A model generated the notes under the pieces. That model saw only the letters and a program-made list of their open reading frames with translations. It ran no database searches and was not told where the DNA came from. From a virus (Duplodnaviria; Caudoviricetes), in IMG/VR virus record IMGVR_UViG_3300032218_003909, positions 1 to 50,679 of that record: a stretch of DNA of 50,679 nt, one strand, 5' to 3'. Numbering within the stretch: the first letter of the stretch is position 1; each line of letters starts with the position of its first letter. Below, one piece after another: positions 1 through 8,963 of the stretch. The translations under genes and the position numbers were made by a program.

Positions 1-414
1 AACATGCCATTCACCGCCATCTTGTAAATACAAATGACTGGCAGATGTATAAGCTTCAAATCCTGTGCTAGACAGTTCAGCTCGCAAGCAACCATTGGCA
101 TCATTTGTCCAAATTGTTCCTGCTCCGCCTGAATTGTTGTCATTTGCCCAGGCCAGCGTTGAGCCACTTGCGGGCCATTTGAGTACTTGACCAGTTGTGC
201 CCAAGGAGTTGGGCAATGCAAATGCAGGTAACACCAGGATGCCGTGTTCGTCAACTTGTACGGTGAATTCATTGTTCTGTATGCTGTTGGTGCCAACTGC
301 TCCGCCTGCCGAGTGTCCAACCCATTTGATGCCGTCCCAAATATAAGTTGTGCCCAGATCACTAGTATACTGTGTGCCTACTGTAGGATTTGGTGGAAAG
401 TTTAATGCAGCCAT
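1..414 (-). CDS. Tail fibre/virion structural protein, N-terminal part (runs off window edge)
   Basis: Not in ORF track. ATG at 414, open to base 1: MAALNFPPNPTVGTQYTSDLGTTYIWDGIKWVG...GTTGQVLKW. FP.NP..G..Y....YxWDG and GQVL motifs are typical of phage fibre proteins. AAGGA RBS upstream. Confidence 0.75.
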   Translation of the reverse strand, partial: MAALNFPPNPTVGTQYTSDLGTTYIWDGIKWVGHSAGGAVGTNSIQNNEFTVQVDEHGILVLPAFALPNSLGTTGQVLKWPASGSTLAWANDNNSGGAGTIWTNDANGCLRAELSSTGFEAYTSASHLYLQDGGEWHV

Positions 415-450
415 TTTTGTTTGTCCTTATTCTTGTATTTACCGTTTATG

Positions 451-1911
451 TTAATCGTAGTAGTTCTGAAAGATATAGCTCTGTCCATTGGGGGTTGTGT
501 TCACAGTATCTCCCACGCATTGTCCTTGTACCAACCATGTTCCTACACCATCAAATGCCACGGCTTTGAACTTAATATAACTGCCAGCCTTGGCATGATG
601 CTGTCCCAGAAACAGATAGTTTGCATCTGCTACCCCTGCGGTGGCAGTGTGTAATCTTCCTTGGGTGCTGTTGTCCACTCCCACAAATAACGAACCCACA
701 AACTGATCAGTTGTGCCCCTGCTGCCAGTGTAGAATGCCTGTATGTAGATCTGCCCCGAATCCCCAGAGAAATAAAACTCAAATTCCATACCCAGTGAGT
801 TTACAGTTATCTGGGGCAATCTAAATAGGCTATTACCGCCCGCAACGGTGATCAATTTGCCTTCGTCATGTGCTATAGTCAACTGCTGGAAAGCACCCGA
901 TGGATAGGTATCACCTATACGAGTTTTTAATACACTGATGTTAGAAACAGAATCTCTTATATCGCCACCAGCGGGTAACGTTAGATTACCAGTGTTGCCA
1001 AAGATCCAATCGCCTGCGTCGGTGCTGATCACTACAGCACTATTGGCGTCGGTTGCACTAACAACCAATGGTGCTCCATTTGCGGAATTTGTAGATTTAG
1101 GTATAGTAATAGAACTGTAACTTTCACCGCCAGGCGAGAGAACTATGTCGTAGCCGTCCAGGCCGCCTGCGTCGTTGGTGGTGTTTATAAAGGCACTGGC
1201 GCTGGGAACATCAACATCAAATATAAACTTGCCAAGATCCATAGTCGTGGGGCTAGCGTCAATCCAAGCACCGTTATAGTAAACATACAATCTACCAGTT
1301 TCACTATCATACCATAATGCACCTATATTGCTGATATTTGGCGGTGCAGTATCAACCCAAGCATCACTGGTTGGGCCTGCATTGGCTTCAAATCCTGCTA
1401 TGGTTTCATTGAGTGCATTGATATTGGCATTGATTGTGTTGACTGTGCCAGTGACTGAGGTTTCAAATGTGCCTATGTTGGCGTCTAATACAACAATATG
1501 AGTTTCTACCGCAGCAACATTGCTTTCTAGGCTATTAACAACAGCAGCAAGATTTGCGACATTAGCGTTTAATAATAAATCACCCGAAGGGCTAGCATCT
1601 ATCCATGTGCCATCATAGTATATGTACAATCTACCACCAACATCATCATACCATAATGCACTGGGATTGGGTGTACTTGGTGGTATAGAGCTACTAATAG
1701 TAGCACTGTTAGCCAAGATATTCGCAAATGCTAGGAAGCCTTTTTGCGAATTCATTAAATGTCCGCCTTGTGTCGCTCCATCATGCACACGAACTGAGTT
1801 TAAATCTGTGTCTACTGTGACTTCGCCGGCTGGCCCGGTGTATATACTGCTTACGGCAGTATTTCCACGCTTTAATAATACTGTTCTGACATTTATATTT
1901 GCTACGCTCAT
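451..1911 (-). CDS. Tail fibre-like protein with Mtd_N-type N-terminus
   Basis: N-terminal LKRGNT...YTGPAGEVTVDTDL...VHDG resembles the major tropism determinant N-domain. Two internal ALWYD...GRLY.YY.G.WIDASP repeats flank a coiled coil. Confidence 0.75.
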   Translation of the reverse strand: MSVANINVRTVLLKRGNTAVSSIYTGPAGEVTVDTDLNSVRVHDGATQGGHLMNSQKGFLAFANILANSATISSSIPPSTPNPSALWYDDVGGRLYIYYDGTWIDASPSGDLLLNANVANLAAVVNSLESNVAAVETHIVVLDANIGTFETSVTGTVNTINANINALNETIAGFEANAGPTSDAWVDTAPPNISNIGALWYDSETGRLYVYYNGAWIDASPTTMDLGKFIFDVDVPSASAFINTTNDAGGLDGYDIVLSPGGESYSSITIPKSTNSANGAPLVVSATDANSAVVISTDAGDWIFGNTGNLTLPAGGDIRDSVSNISVLKTRIGDTYPSGAFQQLTIAHDEGKLITVAGGNSLFRLPQITVNSLGMEFEFYFSGDSGQIYIQAFYTGSRGTTDQFVGSLFVGVDNSTQGRLHTATAGVADANYLFLGQHHAKAGSYIKFKAVAFDGVGTWLVQGQCVGDTVNTTPNGQSYIFQNYYD

Positions 1912-2408
1912 AGTGTTATTTCTCCGCCGTCAACCACACTGTTATCAACTGCTGGGCTTGGTTCTACAACTGAATAGTATGCTGGCAATATTTCTAAATC
2001 TATTGGAGCTTGATAATTATCATCAACATATAGTGGACCTTCTTCATTGGTGTCTAGTTTGATTGTTTTGAAAGTCAATTTATAAAATCTTTGTTCTAAA
2101 CTGTTTAAAGTTACTTTGTCCAACATCAATGTACCTTGACCAGCTACTGCATCAAAGAAAGTCACAGCATAACTGTTCACAGTGACTTTGTTCACTGGGT
2201 CTTGTATATCTGCTTGTATAGCATAACCTGTGAGATTTACTTTTTTTTGATCTTGATTCTTTACTATAACTTGTATGGGGTTATTGACTCCCTGGTAAAC
2301 TTTAAGTGGTCTGCTGTACACGATGCGATTCCTTACAGTAAATATTGTCGTGTCCAAAATTTGGACCTCAATTGTATTGGCATATAAATATAGTTTCAAT
2401 GTTTGCAT
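1908..2408 (-). CDS. Hypothetical virion protein (BppU-N/Ig-like)
   Basis: 166-aa beta-rich ORF (KVYQG...N.DQK..NL.G), ATGA-coupled to the fibre gene. Confidence 0.6.
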   Translation of the reverse strand: MQTLKLYLYANTIEVQILDTTIFTVRNRIVYSRPLKVYQGVNNPIQVIVKNQDQKKVNLTGYAIQADIQDPVNKVTVNSYAVTFFDAVAGQGTLMLDKVTLNSLEQRFYKLTFKTIKLDTNEEGPLYVDDNYQAPIDLEILPAYYSVVEPSPAVDNSVVDGGEITL

Positions 2409-2441
2409 ATTTGTATATCTTTTGTATATTTAGCTAGAACC

Positions 2442-2813
2442 GTGGAAGAAATAAAACAGCTTTTAGAAAAATATCCCTATCTTACGTATTTGATATACGG
2501 CGGAAACGAATACGTGGGTATAATTCAGAATTGTGATGAGCAAATCACTACAATTTATGATTTTGGTAGTCTGAAAACTACTGACCAGAAACAAAGATTC
2601 TTGAACCTAGGGGAAGTATGGTGGTGGGAAAGTAATCGAATCATTCCAATCAATGTATTTCTTAAAAATGATTGGTTTGATTTTAAATTTTGTGTTAAAA
2701 CTATGAACAGCAAAGACGTATCAATCAAGATGGGGCCGCAGGTCAGTTTGAAAGATATGGCTGCTAAACGCAGCAAGCGTCGAAGTATAACTCTAGTCCG
2801 AAGAATGCCCTAA
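2442..2813 (+). CDS. Hypothetical phage protein
   Basis: ORF 2403..2813; likely GTG start at 2442. TATAAATA late-type box at 2383-2390. Confidence 0.7.
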   Translation: MEEIKQLLEKYPYLTYLIYGGNEYVGIIQNCDEQITTIYDFGSLKTTDQKQRFLNLGEVWWWESNRIIPINVFLKNDWFDFKFCVKTMNSKDVSIKMGPQVSLKDMAAKRSKRRSITLVRRMP

Positions 2814-3389
2814 TAGATTCATGTTTACCACTACAAGATGGCTGTACGCGATTGCATGCGACCGTTTGAAGTAATATGCGCTATCATTAGGTCTATCCCA
2901 AACAGTTTTAGCTACTTCTTTCCATGTCTCGCCTATTAGATGACGTTTTGCAGGTCTTATCACTGCTAAAAACATAGCCATTCGTGGTATTGAGTTTACA
3001 GCCTCAGGCATCTTGATCAATGTATCATAGTGCTGATTGATATGAATCAATTTACTACAAAATTCTGGATCATAAAGTTTATGCCACTGAGGTTCTTGCT
3101 TCATAAGCTTAACTAAATGCTGTTCATCTTTTATACGTGTATATAATCCAACATTTAAAAAATCTAGTTTGACATATCCCCGTTGTTCAGCAGATTGATA
3201 ATCAATAGCAGCTATGTTAGTGACCGGATCTTTTGGAATAGATGTTACGTATATACCAGTGTTATGTTTGACAATCTTGTTGTCTCGCAGTATGCTGGCA
3301 GGTGTATGCTTGATCAGAGCAAGTGCTGCATCTCTTGATGCGAAATCAATGTCAATGTCTGATCGGAATGTAGTCAAAGCCATCTCCAT
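2793..3389 (-). CDS. dnaE: Minimal/split DNA polymerase III alpha (DnaE)-like catalytic subunit
   Basis: DIDIDF, KHNTGIY (HxxG), VKLDFL and YYFKRSHAIAY match family C palm and fingers motifs in only ~198 aa. Confidence 0.85.
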   Translation of the reverse strand: MEMALTTFRSDIDIDFASRDAALALIKHTPASILRDNKIVKHNTGIYVTSIPKDPVTNIAAIDYQSAEQRGYVKLDFLNVGLYTRIKDEQHLVKLMKQEPQWHKLYDPEFCSKLIHINQHYDTLIKMPEAVNSIPRMAMFLAVIRPAKRHLIGETWKEVAKTVWDRPNDSAYYFKRSHAIAYSHLVVVNMNLLGHSSD

Positions 3390-3595
3390 AAAAACATATT
3401 AGCTAATTTCTGATGTTCTGGTCGAAATATGAACCAGATTCTCTGTAATCGGCTAGATACTCCCCAATCATAGTCTATAAATCTTGTTAACCCTTGCCCA
3501 AGGCACCACTTATGCATTTCTTGTCCATGTGAAAATGGACTTTTTCCCTTAGGGAATTTTATCTTTATCTTTACAGTATATATTTTACTCAACAT
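3374..3595 (-). CDS. Hypothetical protein (73 aa)
   Basis: ATG at 3595 overlaps the upstream TGA (TGATG coupling). Confidence 0.6.
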   Translation of the reverse strand: MLSKIYTVKIKIKFPKGKSPFSHGQEMHKWCLGQGLTRFIDYDWGVSSRLQRIWFIFRPEHQKLANMFLWRWL

Positions 3596-4296
3596 CAAAG
3601 TCCTGCTGCACGTAATATTTCTTTGGCCCACTCAGTGTCCGTAAGGTAATCTTTGAACTTTCTCTGCCAATGATCTGGATCAATTATATGCATAATCAAT
3701 CCTACTTGTTCTTCTGACAGATCACTGAGAAACTCTACACCACTATCACAGTTATACACTACCCAAGGACTAATACGTCCTGTAGTAATATGATGACAGA
3801 TACGATTGTTATTACCATATCTAAAATAATCGACAAAGCCGTTTCTTAGATCTGGATGGTCGTCCGCATATTGCTGCATTTCTTTTAATGCACGCTCTAA
3901 CGCATCTTGAACTGCTTCTTTTTTGAGATAACCAGGCAACCATTCTGTGTATAACTTGTCTGAACACCAATTATCTAACTTCTTGTTATTCTTGAGTATC
4001 CAGTCTAGAAATACAGAAAAGTTCACACAACGAATAGTCTGACAATAGCGACCAAATTTTACAAACGCATTATAATACGGACTATCTGCGAAATCTGCAT
4101 AAGTCTTGGGATTAGTCGATCGTTGGGTTGTTGCATAAAATCTGAGGTATGCTTTGAAACCTAGTTGAACTCCTGTCTCATGCTCCTGCTGCCAACGACG
4201 CTTGCCTTCACACAAATGTGCAGCTAGTGTCTTTTCGCGTTTGAAGATCTTATCGCAATATTGGCACTTAAAATTCGTCTCGGATTCGCTTGTCAT
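3595..4296 (-). CDS. C2H2-like zinc-finger hypothetical protein
   Basis: FKCQYCDKIFKREKTLAAHLC near the N-terminus; probable ATG at 4296. Confidence 0.75.
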   Translation of the reverse strand: MTSESETNFKCQYCDKIFKREKTLAAHLCEGKRRWQQEHETGVQLGFKAYLRFYATTQRSTNPKTYADFADSPYYNAFVKFGRYCQTIRCVNFSVFLDWILKNNKKLDNWCSDKLYTEWLPGYLKKEAVQDALERALKEMQQYADDHPDLRNGFVDYFRYGNNNRICHHITTGRISPWVVYNCDSGVEFLSDLSEEQVGLIMHIIDPDHWQRKFKDYLTDTEWAKEILRAAGL

Positions 4297-4744
4297 CCCA
4301 TCCGTGTTTTCTTGCCATATCTTTAAGAGATTCTTTATCATTCAGTTGTGCCAATAAAGTTATGTCGTAGGGCTTAAGTTCAGGAAACAAAGTCTTGAGA
4401 AATTTCTCTGCTTTGTTATTATTTTCTCTTTTCTTAGCTGATATCCAGTTGTGTCGTTGTTTGCCCATGCCAGGACTAACTGTACTAGCTAACAACCATT
4501 GCATCTTCTTATGATCTCGTGTAGAGATGTCAAAGAAATTACGATTCAGCTTTTCATTTACGCTGATCAGATAGTAAGCCTGCAGTTCAACAGGACCTTC
4601 TACACAAGAACCCCATCTGATCATGAGATAGGGACTAAATTTCTTGCGCTCCTCATCCGTGAGGTCATCGTAAAATGCTCGATCCTTGAGATCGAAGCGC
4701 GTCATTTCATAGCCTATGCTGAGCTTATCTACACTGGATGCCAC
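4268..4744 (-). CDS. Clamp loader small subunit (T4 gp62-like)
   Basis: FSPYLMIRW...NE.LN...MQW...RHNWI pattern and ~158-aa size resemble gp62-family proteins; replication context. Confidence 0.6.
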   Translation of the reverse strand: MASSVDKLSIGYEMTRFDLKDRAFYDDLTDEERKKFSPYLMIRWGSCVEGPVELQAYYLISVNEKLNRNFFDISTRDHKKMQWLLASTVSPGMGKQRHNWISAKKRENNNKAEKFLKTLFPELKPYDITLLAQLNDKESLKDMARKHGWDDKRIRDEF

Positions 4745-5022
4745 ATTAGACTCCTGTCGTTTTCTTGGGCCTGTAGTTCAAAAAGCATTATAGCGCGATC
4801 AACAGCTTCTTGCAACGCTGGACTTCGATTACTCATCCGATAGATATCCATCCATGCAGCTTCACGATGAACTTCAGAAAGGGTCTGTTCGTAATTTTGA
4901 TAATGTTCTTTTGCTAAAGGAGATACCTCTTTACCGTCTACCTTCATGTAGGTACAACTAGAACCATTCTGAAAATCAAATCTAGTTATCTCAGTTGTTT
5001 TGTTTATGATTGTCATATTCAT
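4729..5022 (-). CDS. Hypothetical protein
   Basis: ~97-aa ORF overlapping neighbours in the operon; start at ATG 5022 or 5016. Confidence 0.6.
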   Translation of the reverse strand: MNMTIINKTTEITRFDFQNGSSCTYMKVDGKEVSPLAKEHYQNYEQTLSEVHREAAWMDIYRMSNRSPALQEAVDRAIMLFELQAQENDRSLMWHPV

Positions 5023-5149
5023 ATCCAAATTGTCTGTGTGCCCAAAGAGAAAAATGCTCTAGACCTTCTTTATTATCAGGAAATGATTCTGAATAAATCC
5101 TGATTAATCTACGTAACAATTCAAACACTTGTGTTTCTGAATAATTCAT
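4991..5149 (-). CDS. Small hypothetical protein (52 aa)
   Basis: Below ORF-track cutoff: MNYSETQVFELLRRLIRIYSESFPDNKEGLEHFSLWAHRQFGYEYDNHKQNN; fills the operon gap exactly. Confidence 0.65.
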   Translation of the reverse strand: MNYSETQVFELLRRLIRIYSESFPDNKEGLEHFSLWAHRQFGYEYDNHKQNN

Positions 5150-5153
5150 TTTA

Positions 5154-5666
5154 TCACCATATTTTATTATAGTCTATTACTTCACTTTGCCGACTAATGT
5201 CTTTTACAAAAAAAGCACAGCGAGGCCCTTCGGCTTTTTCTTCCAATGGAACTGCTAGTAGCTGGCCAGGTTTGAGCTTAGGGAAATACCATTTTACATC
5301 TTGATAAATATCAATAATCTCTACTGAATAGAATTCAGGGCGAAAGCTACTGCGTGGATTATATGCAAATGCGCTAAATCCGCGATCATTGATCGAAGTC
5401 AAAGGCACTACTTCTAGATCTCCTACTTCACTCTCACCGATCAATAGCTGCCAATCCACTGGCATTTTGATAGTGTGTTCACCTATCTTTAGGACTAGTG
5501 CTGGGCTATTAAAGCTCTCCATAAAGATCAATGGTATATAAAAATAGTCAGGCTCCTTAGGATTGCTGTTGTCAAGTACGCAAAAGCTAAGTTCTTCTAT
5601 TTCGTTGGGTATGTTGTCCATTTCATATGAACGATTAGGATCTAGGGTCAAAACTCTCATTGCCAA
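5154..5666 (-). CDS. Hypothetical protein downstream of helicase
   Basis: 170-aa ORF overlapping the helicase stop. Confidence 0.75.
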   Translation of the reverse strand: MAMRVLTLDPNRSYEMDNIPNEIEELSFCVLDNSNPKEPDYFYIPLIFMESFNSPALVLKIGEHTIKMPVDWQLLIGESEVGDLEVVPLTSINDRGFSAFAYNPRSSFRPEFYSVEIIDIYQDVKWYFPKLKPGQLLAVPLEEKAEGPRCAFFVKDISRQSEVIDYNKIW

Positions 5667-7111
5667 TCTGCCTTTTCTATAGTGTATGGATACTGAGCTT
5701 CAGTATAATATTTTTTACGTTCTGTGAGATGTCTTTTGGCAAATTTGCAATTGCTAGTGATATCCCAAATCAATACGTTGTCTTTGTCAGCGGCTTTTCT
5801 AATACCGCGCCCAATAGATTGTATAACCCTAACAAAGCTCTTTCCGGGTTCCACAAGAACCAGATTAAAGATCCGAGGAATATTAATCCCCACAGCGGCC
5901 ACACCGTAAGTCGCCACAATAACTTTGCTGTCGCTGATAGCAACTTCATCATACTCTGCTTTTCTATCTTTAGCTTTAGTAGATCCTGAGACAAATACTG
6001 CATCTGTTAACCTCTCTATTAATGCATTACCAGTTGCGATCCTATCGATCAATACCAATGTATTGCCTTTGTCCTTGATCTTGGTGATCATGCCGGCAAT
6101 GTAATCTAGTCTGCCAGCATCCTCAGTGAGGAAACGCAGTTCGCTTTGATAATCTTTGTATTCTCGATGATCCATCAACTGAACGATATTTACATGACAG
6201 TTGGCTAGATGCCCAGATTCTTGTAGTTCAGCAGCACTGAGTTGTCCTACTACCTGTCCAATGCTGCAAAAGATACTGTGCCTAGCGTAATCTTCTTTTG
6301 GTAGTGTGCCAGTGAGTCCCCATCGAATAGGCACTCTCGGGAAAACTATGCTGAGCAGACTTTTCAATGCTTCAGCCTTGGCGACATGCACTTCATCAAC
6401 CATCACACAGATTACGCCGTCAATGAATTCGCCAATAGGAATGTCTGCTTCCCCCTCTTTGCTGCCTTTCATGAGATTATTCAAACTTTGCCACGTACAT
6501 ATAGTATGCGTCCTACCAAACTCTTTTCGATCACCGAAAAACACACCTACATTCAAACCAAGATTAATGTAATCAGCTTCAGTTTGAGTGACCAAGCTCT
6601 TGTTGGGTACAATCACAATACTGCGGCCATACTTTTCGACACTTTTGCTTAGAGCAGCAGTCATGATTGTTTTGCCTGCGCCGGTAGCTACAATCTGTAC
6701 ACTCTGAGGATTGCTCAGAAAGTTGTTGATTATTCCTACCTGATAGTCACGGAATTTAATAGGTTTCCCTTGATCAACGTGACCTGATGGCCATGTACTG
6801 TCAGCAAACGTATCTTGATGAAACTCATCAAACTTGAAATCCGTGGTATAAGTACGCAGGTCCCTAAGATGAATATCATATCCTTCTTCAGCAATGATAG
6901 GCATAATTTCTGGCAGCAAATTAATATACGTGGTGCCGCTCAGTTGAAAGAAGCTTACCTTGCCATCCCATCTGCCCAATCGCACTGCTGGAGTATATCG
7001 AACTCCTGGAATTTCAAACTTGAACTTTTCAACCAGTCGCTTACGGGTCTTTAATTCTAGCCCGTCTATTTTACAGTTTATTTCATCATAAACGATTACG
7101 CTAGCTTGCAA
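5657..7111 (-). CDS. uvsW: SF2 DNA helicase, UvsW-like
   Basis: FRDYQ (Q motif), ATGAGKT, DEVH, LTGT, QSIGRGIR; N-terminal WDGK as in UvsW. TTG start at 7111 preferred. Confidence 0.9.
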   Translation of the reverse strand: MQASVIVYDEINCKIDGLELKTRKRLVEKFKFEIPGVRYTPAVRLGRWDGKVSFFQLSGTTYINLLPEIMPIIAEEGYDIHLRDLRTYTTDFKFDEFHQDTFADSTWPSGHVDQGKPIKFRDYQVGIINNFLSNPQSVQIVATGAGKTIMTAALSKSVEKYGRSIVIVPNKSLVTQTEADYINLGLNVGVFFGDRKEFGRTHTICTWQSLNNLMKGSKEGEADIPIGEFIDGVICVMVDEVHVAKAEALKSLLSIVFPRVPIRWGLTGTLPKEDYARHSIFCSIGQVVGQLSAAELQESGHLANCHVNIVQLMDHREYKDYQSELRFLTEDAGRLDYIAGMITKIKDKGNTLVLIDRIATGNALIERLTDAVFVSGSTKAKDRKAEYDEVAISDSKVIVATYGVAAVGINIPRIFNLVLVEPGKSFVRVIQSIGRGIRKAADKDNVLIWDITSNCKFAKRHLTERKKYYTEAQYPYTIEKADWQ

Positions 7112-8297
7112 TGTTTTGCACCTTTCTTGGTTTATTCGTACTGTTTGTAGCATACACTTGGCTGACGTTGAACACAACTCGTTCGGCTCTTTGAAACATG
7201 ATTTGTCTTTGACTGCCGAACGAAACAGCAGCTGCAGTGACCAAGATGGGAATAGAAGCAATGTCCAGCACTGGTTTAACTGCGTGAATATAACGAGTGT
7301 TTTCTGTGCGAGGATATTTATAATCTGTAGTAATGTTCAGCAAGTCTGACGAATAGCGTTGCTTTAGAAAGTCTGCCATATGCCCGTTAAGATCAGGCTC
7401 GTAGAAAACTGCGGGCCATCTTTCACATTGATCGATATAGTTAAGTACTTGTTCAAACTCATGCCATTGGCTAGGTCTGTTGGCATTTAACTTGAGTTCT
7501 CTGTTGCTTATCAAAAAATAAAAAGATGGGCCGTACTCAGCTACAATTGCATTTGATATATCGTCAGAGAGTGTGTAGCCTAAAATTGGTGAATAATCTA
7601 CTAATTTCAAAAGATTTGATTCGTTAAATCCACCTAGATTTTTCTCTACATAATCGTATAGCTGAGTTGGACAATTTTGAATTAATAACTTATTTCCTTC
7701 AAACATTAATCGAATTTGATAATTTTGGTTTTCTACAGCCAATATTTGTTCAAATAACACATGCACTTCGGGGTCGATCTCAAATGGTTCAGAGTCGAAT
7801 ACAAAACCTTTAGCCCACGTATATAACCAATTCAAATTATATTCAGTTAGATCAGCTTTCCATACTCTTGCATCTTTGTCCCAAAAACAGCGGCCGCGAC
7901 TTTCTTTACTGAACTTACGTAAGTCTTCGATTAATGAAGTACGATAAGGAAATTGAATCACCAACATATCATCTTGAATCTTTAAACAACGGCTGTAATC
8001 AATTTCACGAAGAGGCGTACGCCATTTAGGCGTTTTTACTGGTGATACGTCAATTCCCTTGGAAGACAATTGTCTTTCATATTTGAGTATAATTTTGCAG
8101 GCGAGTTCAGCTTGTCGAACAGTAAAAGCTGTGCTTGTTGCAATCTGATAAGCCATGTTTTCTATAACAGAAACATCATATCTGGCTAGACTAATGAGTT
8201 TGTAGTACTGTACGAATCCTGATCTATAGAAACCAGTTGCATCCTTATGGCCTGCAATAACTTCAATATAATCTTCTACAAAGGGAAACTGAATCAT
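7101..8297 (-). CDS. Hypothetical protein (398 aa)
   Basis: Long ORF coupled to the helicase. FPY...L...WD...W motif is HARP-like (weak). Confidence 0.75.
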   Translation of the reverse strand: MIQFPFVEDYIEVIAGHKDATGFYRSGFVQYYKLISLARYDVSVIENMAYQIATSTAFTVRQAELACKIILKYERQLSSKGIDVSPVKTPKWRTPLREIDYSRCLKIQDDMLVIQFPYRTSLIEDLRKFSKESRGRCFWDKDARVWKADLTEYNLNWLYTWAKGFVFDSEPFEIDPEVHVLFEQILAVENQNYQIRLMFEGNKLLIQNCPTQLYDYVEKNLGGFNESNLLKLVDYSPILGYTLSDDISNAIVAEYGPSFYFLISNRELKLNANRPSQWHEFEQVLNYIDQCERWPAVFYEPDLNGHMADFLKQRYSSDLLNITTDYKYPRTENTRYIHAVKPVLDIASIPILVTAAAVSFGSQRQIMFQRAERVVFNVSQVYATNSTNKPRKVQNIAS

Positions 8298-8312
8298 ATG
8301 TTGTTTATTAAG

Positions 8313-8347
8313 AAAAAAAGAGCCCTAGGAAAAAATACCCTAGGGCT
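8313..8347 (-). terminator. Intrinsic terminator
   Basis: 9-bp stem AGCCCTAGG/CCTAGGGCT (8321-8329, 8339-8347) followed on the minus strand by CTTTTTTT. Confidence 0.8.
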
Positions 8348-8440
8348 ATTTAAAGTTTGCAATTCAGGAGCTAGAGAGAATTGCAAATACCTACTCGCAT
8401 AATTGCTATGCGACATAGCATTCCGCTAAGCGGAATTCGG
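8313..8440 (-). ncRNA. Candidate small regulatory RNA (stacked hairpins ending in a terminator)
   Basis: Hairpins at 8420-8436, 8395-8413 (alternative 8404-8420) and 8356-8387 (10-bp stem, loop UCUCUAGCUCCU), then the terminator. Confidence 0.5.
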
Positions 8441-8476
8441 TTAAAATTCTATTGATTACGACAACAGCAATCTGTG

Positions 8477-8575
8477 TCACGGACGTATACCTTGCTCTGC
8501 ACCGTTGATGCACATTGTGTGAAAGAAATTGCTGCCATCAAGTATAATTTCATATTTGAAATTCTCAGAACTCAT
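8477..8575 (-). CDS. Possible 32-aa peptide
   Basis: MSSENFKYEIILDGSNFFHTMCINGAEQGIRP with AAGG and a TAAATA box upstream. An overlapping 34-aa frame (8449-8553) is an alternative. Confidence 0.3.
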   Translation of the reverse strand: MSSENFKYEIILDGSNFFHTMCINGAEQGIRP

Positions 8576-8599
8576 CGAAAAGAACCTTTAATATTTATT

Positions 8600-8911
8600 C
8601 TAGCCTACAGTGTATTCAACTAAATTTATTCCGGCTTCTTTAATAGCTAGCTCGCACACAGGACAAGGCCTAGCTAATTTTGGATTACCCTTTGAGTCGT
8701 ATCGTTCGATCTTGATCTTATAAGCATCGCCACTTTTGCACTTGACCAATGCACTGATTTCAGCGTGCAAGAACATTCGGTGAGGCATATTAGCACGAGC
8801 TGCATATCGAGCCTGAGTTGGATGAGTCTTGGTATAATGATTGCGTCCTATGCTCAAAATACGTCCTCGTCTATCGTAAACCGTCGCAATCAATTCTTGG
8901 CGTGTTTTCAT
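8600..8911 (-). CDS. Cytidine/deoxycytidylate deaminase-like Zn protein
   Basis: HAE...PCPVC motif, 103 aa. Confidence 0.85.
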   Translation of the reverse strand: MKTRQELIATVYDRRGRILSIGRNHYTKTHPTQARYAARANMPHRMFLHAEISALVKCKSGDAYKIKIERYDSKGNPKLARPCPVCELAIKEAGINLVEYTVG

Positions 8912-8922
8912 TAGAATCCTTC

Positions 8923-8956
8923 AGAATGAAGAGGCAGTGTAATACAACACTGCCTC
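8923..8956 (-). terminator. Hairpin/terminator after the AAA gene
   Basis: 10-bp stem GAGGCAGTGT/ACACTGCCTC followed by TTCATTCT on the minus strand. Confidence 0.6.
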
Positions 8957-8963
8957 AGTTCAA

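Noticed and set aside
451-1911. Diversity-generating retroelement target (Mtd-like)
   Set aside because: Only the N-terminal anchor resembles Mtd; no reverse transcriptase or TR/VR repeat pair is seen in the window.
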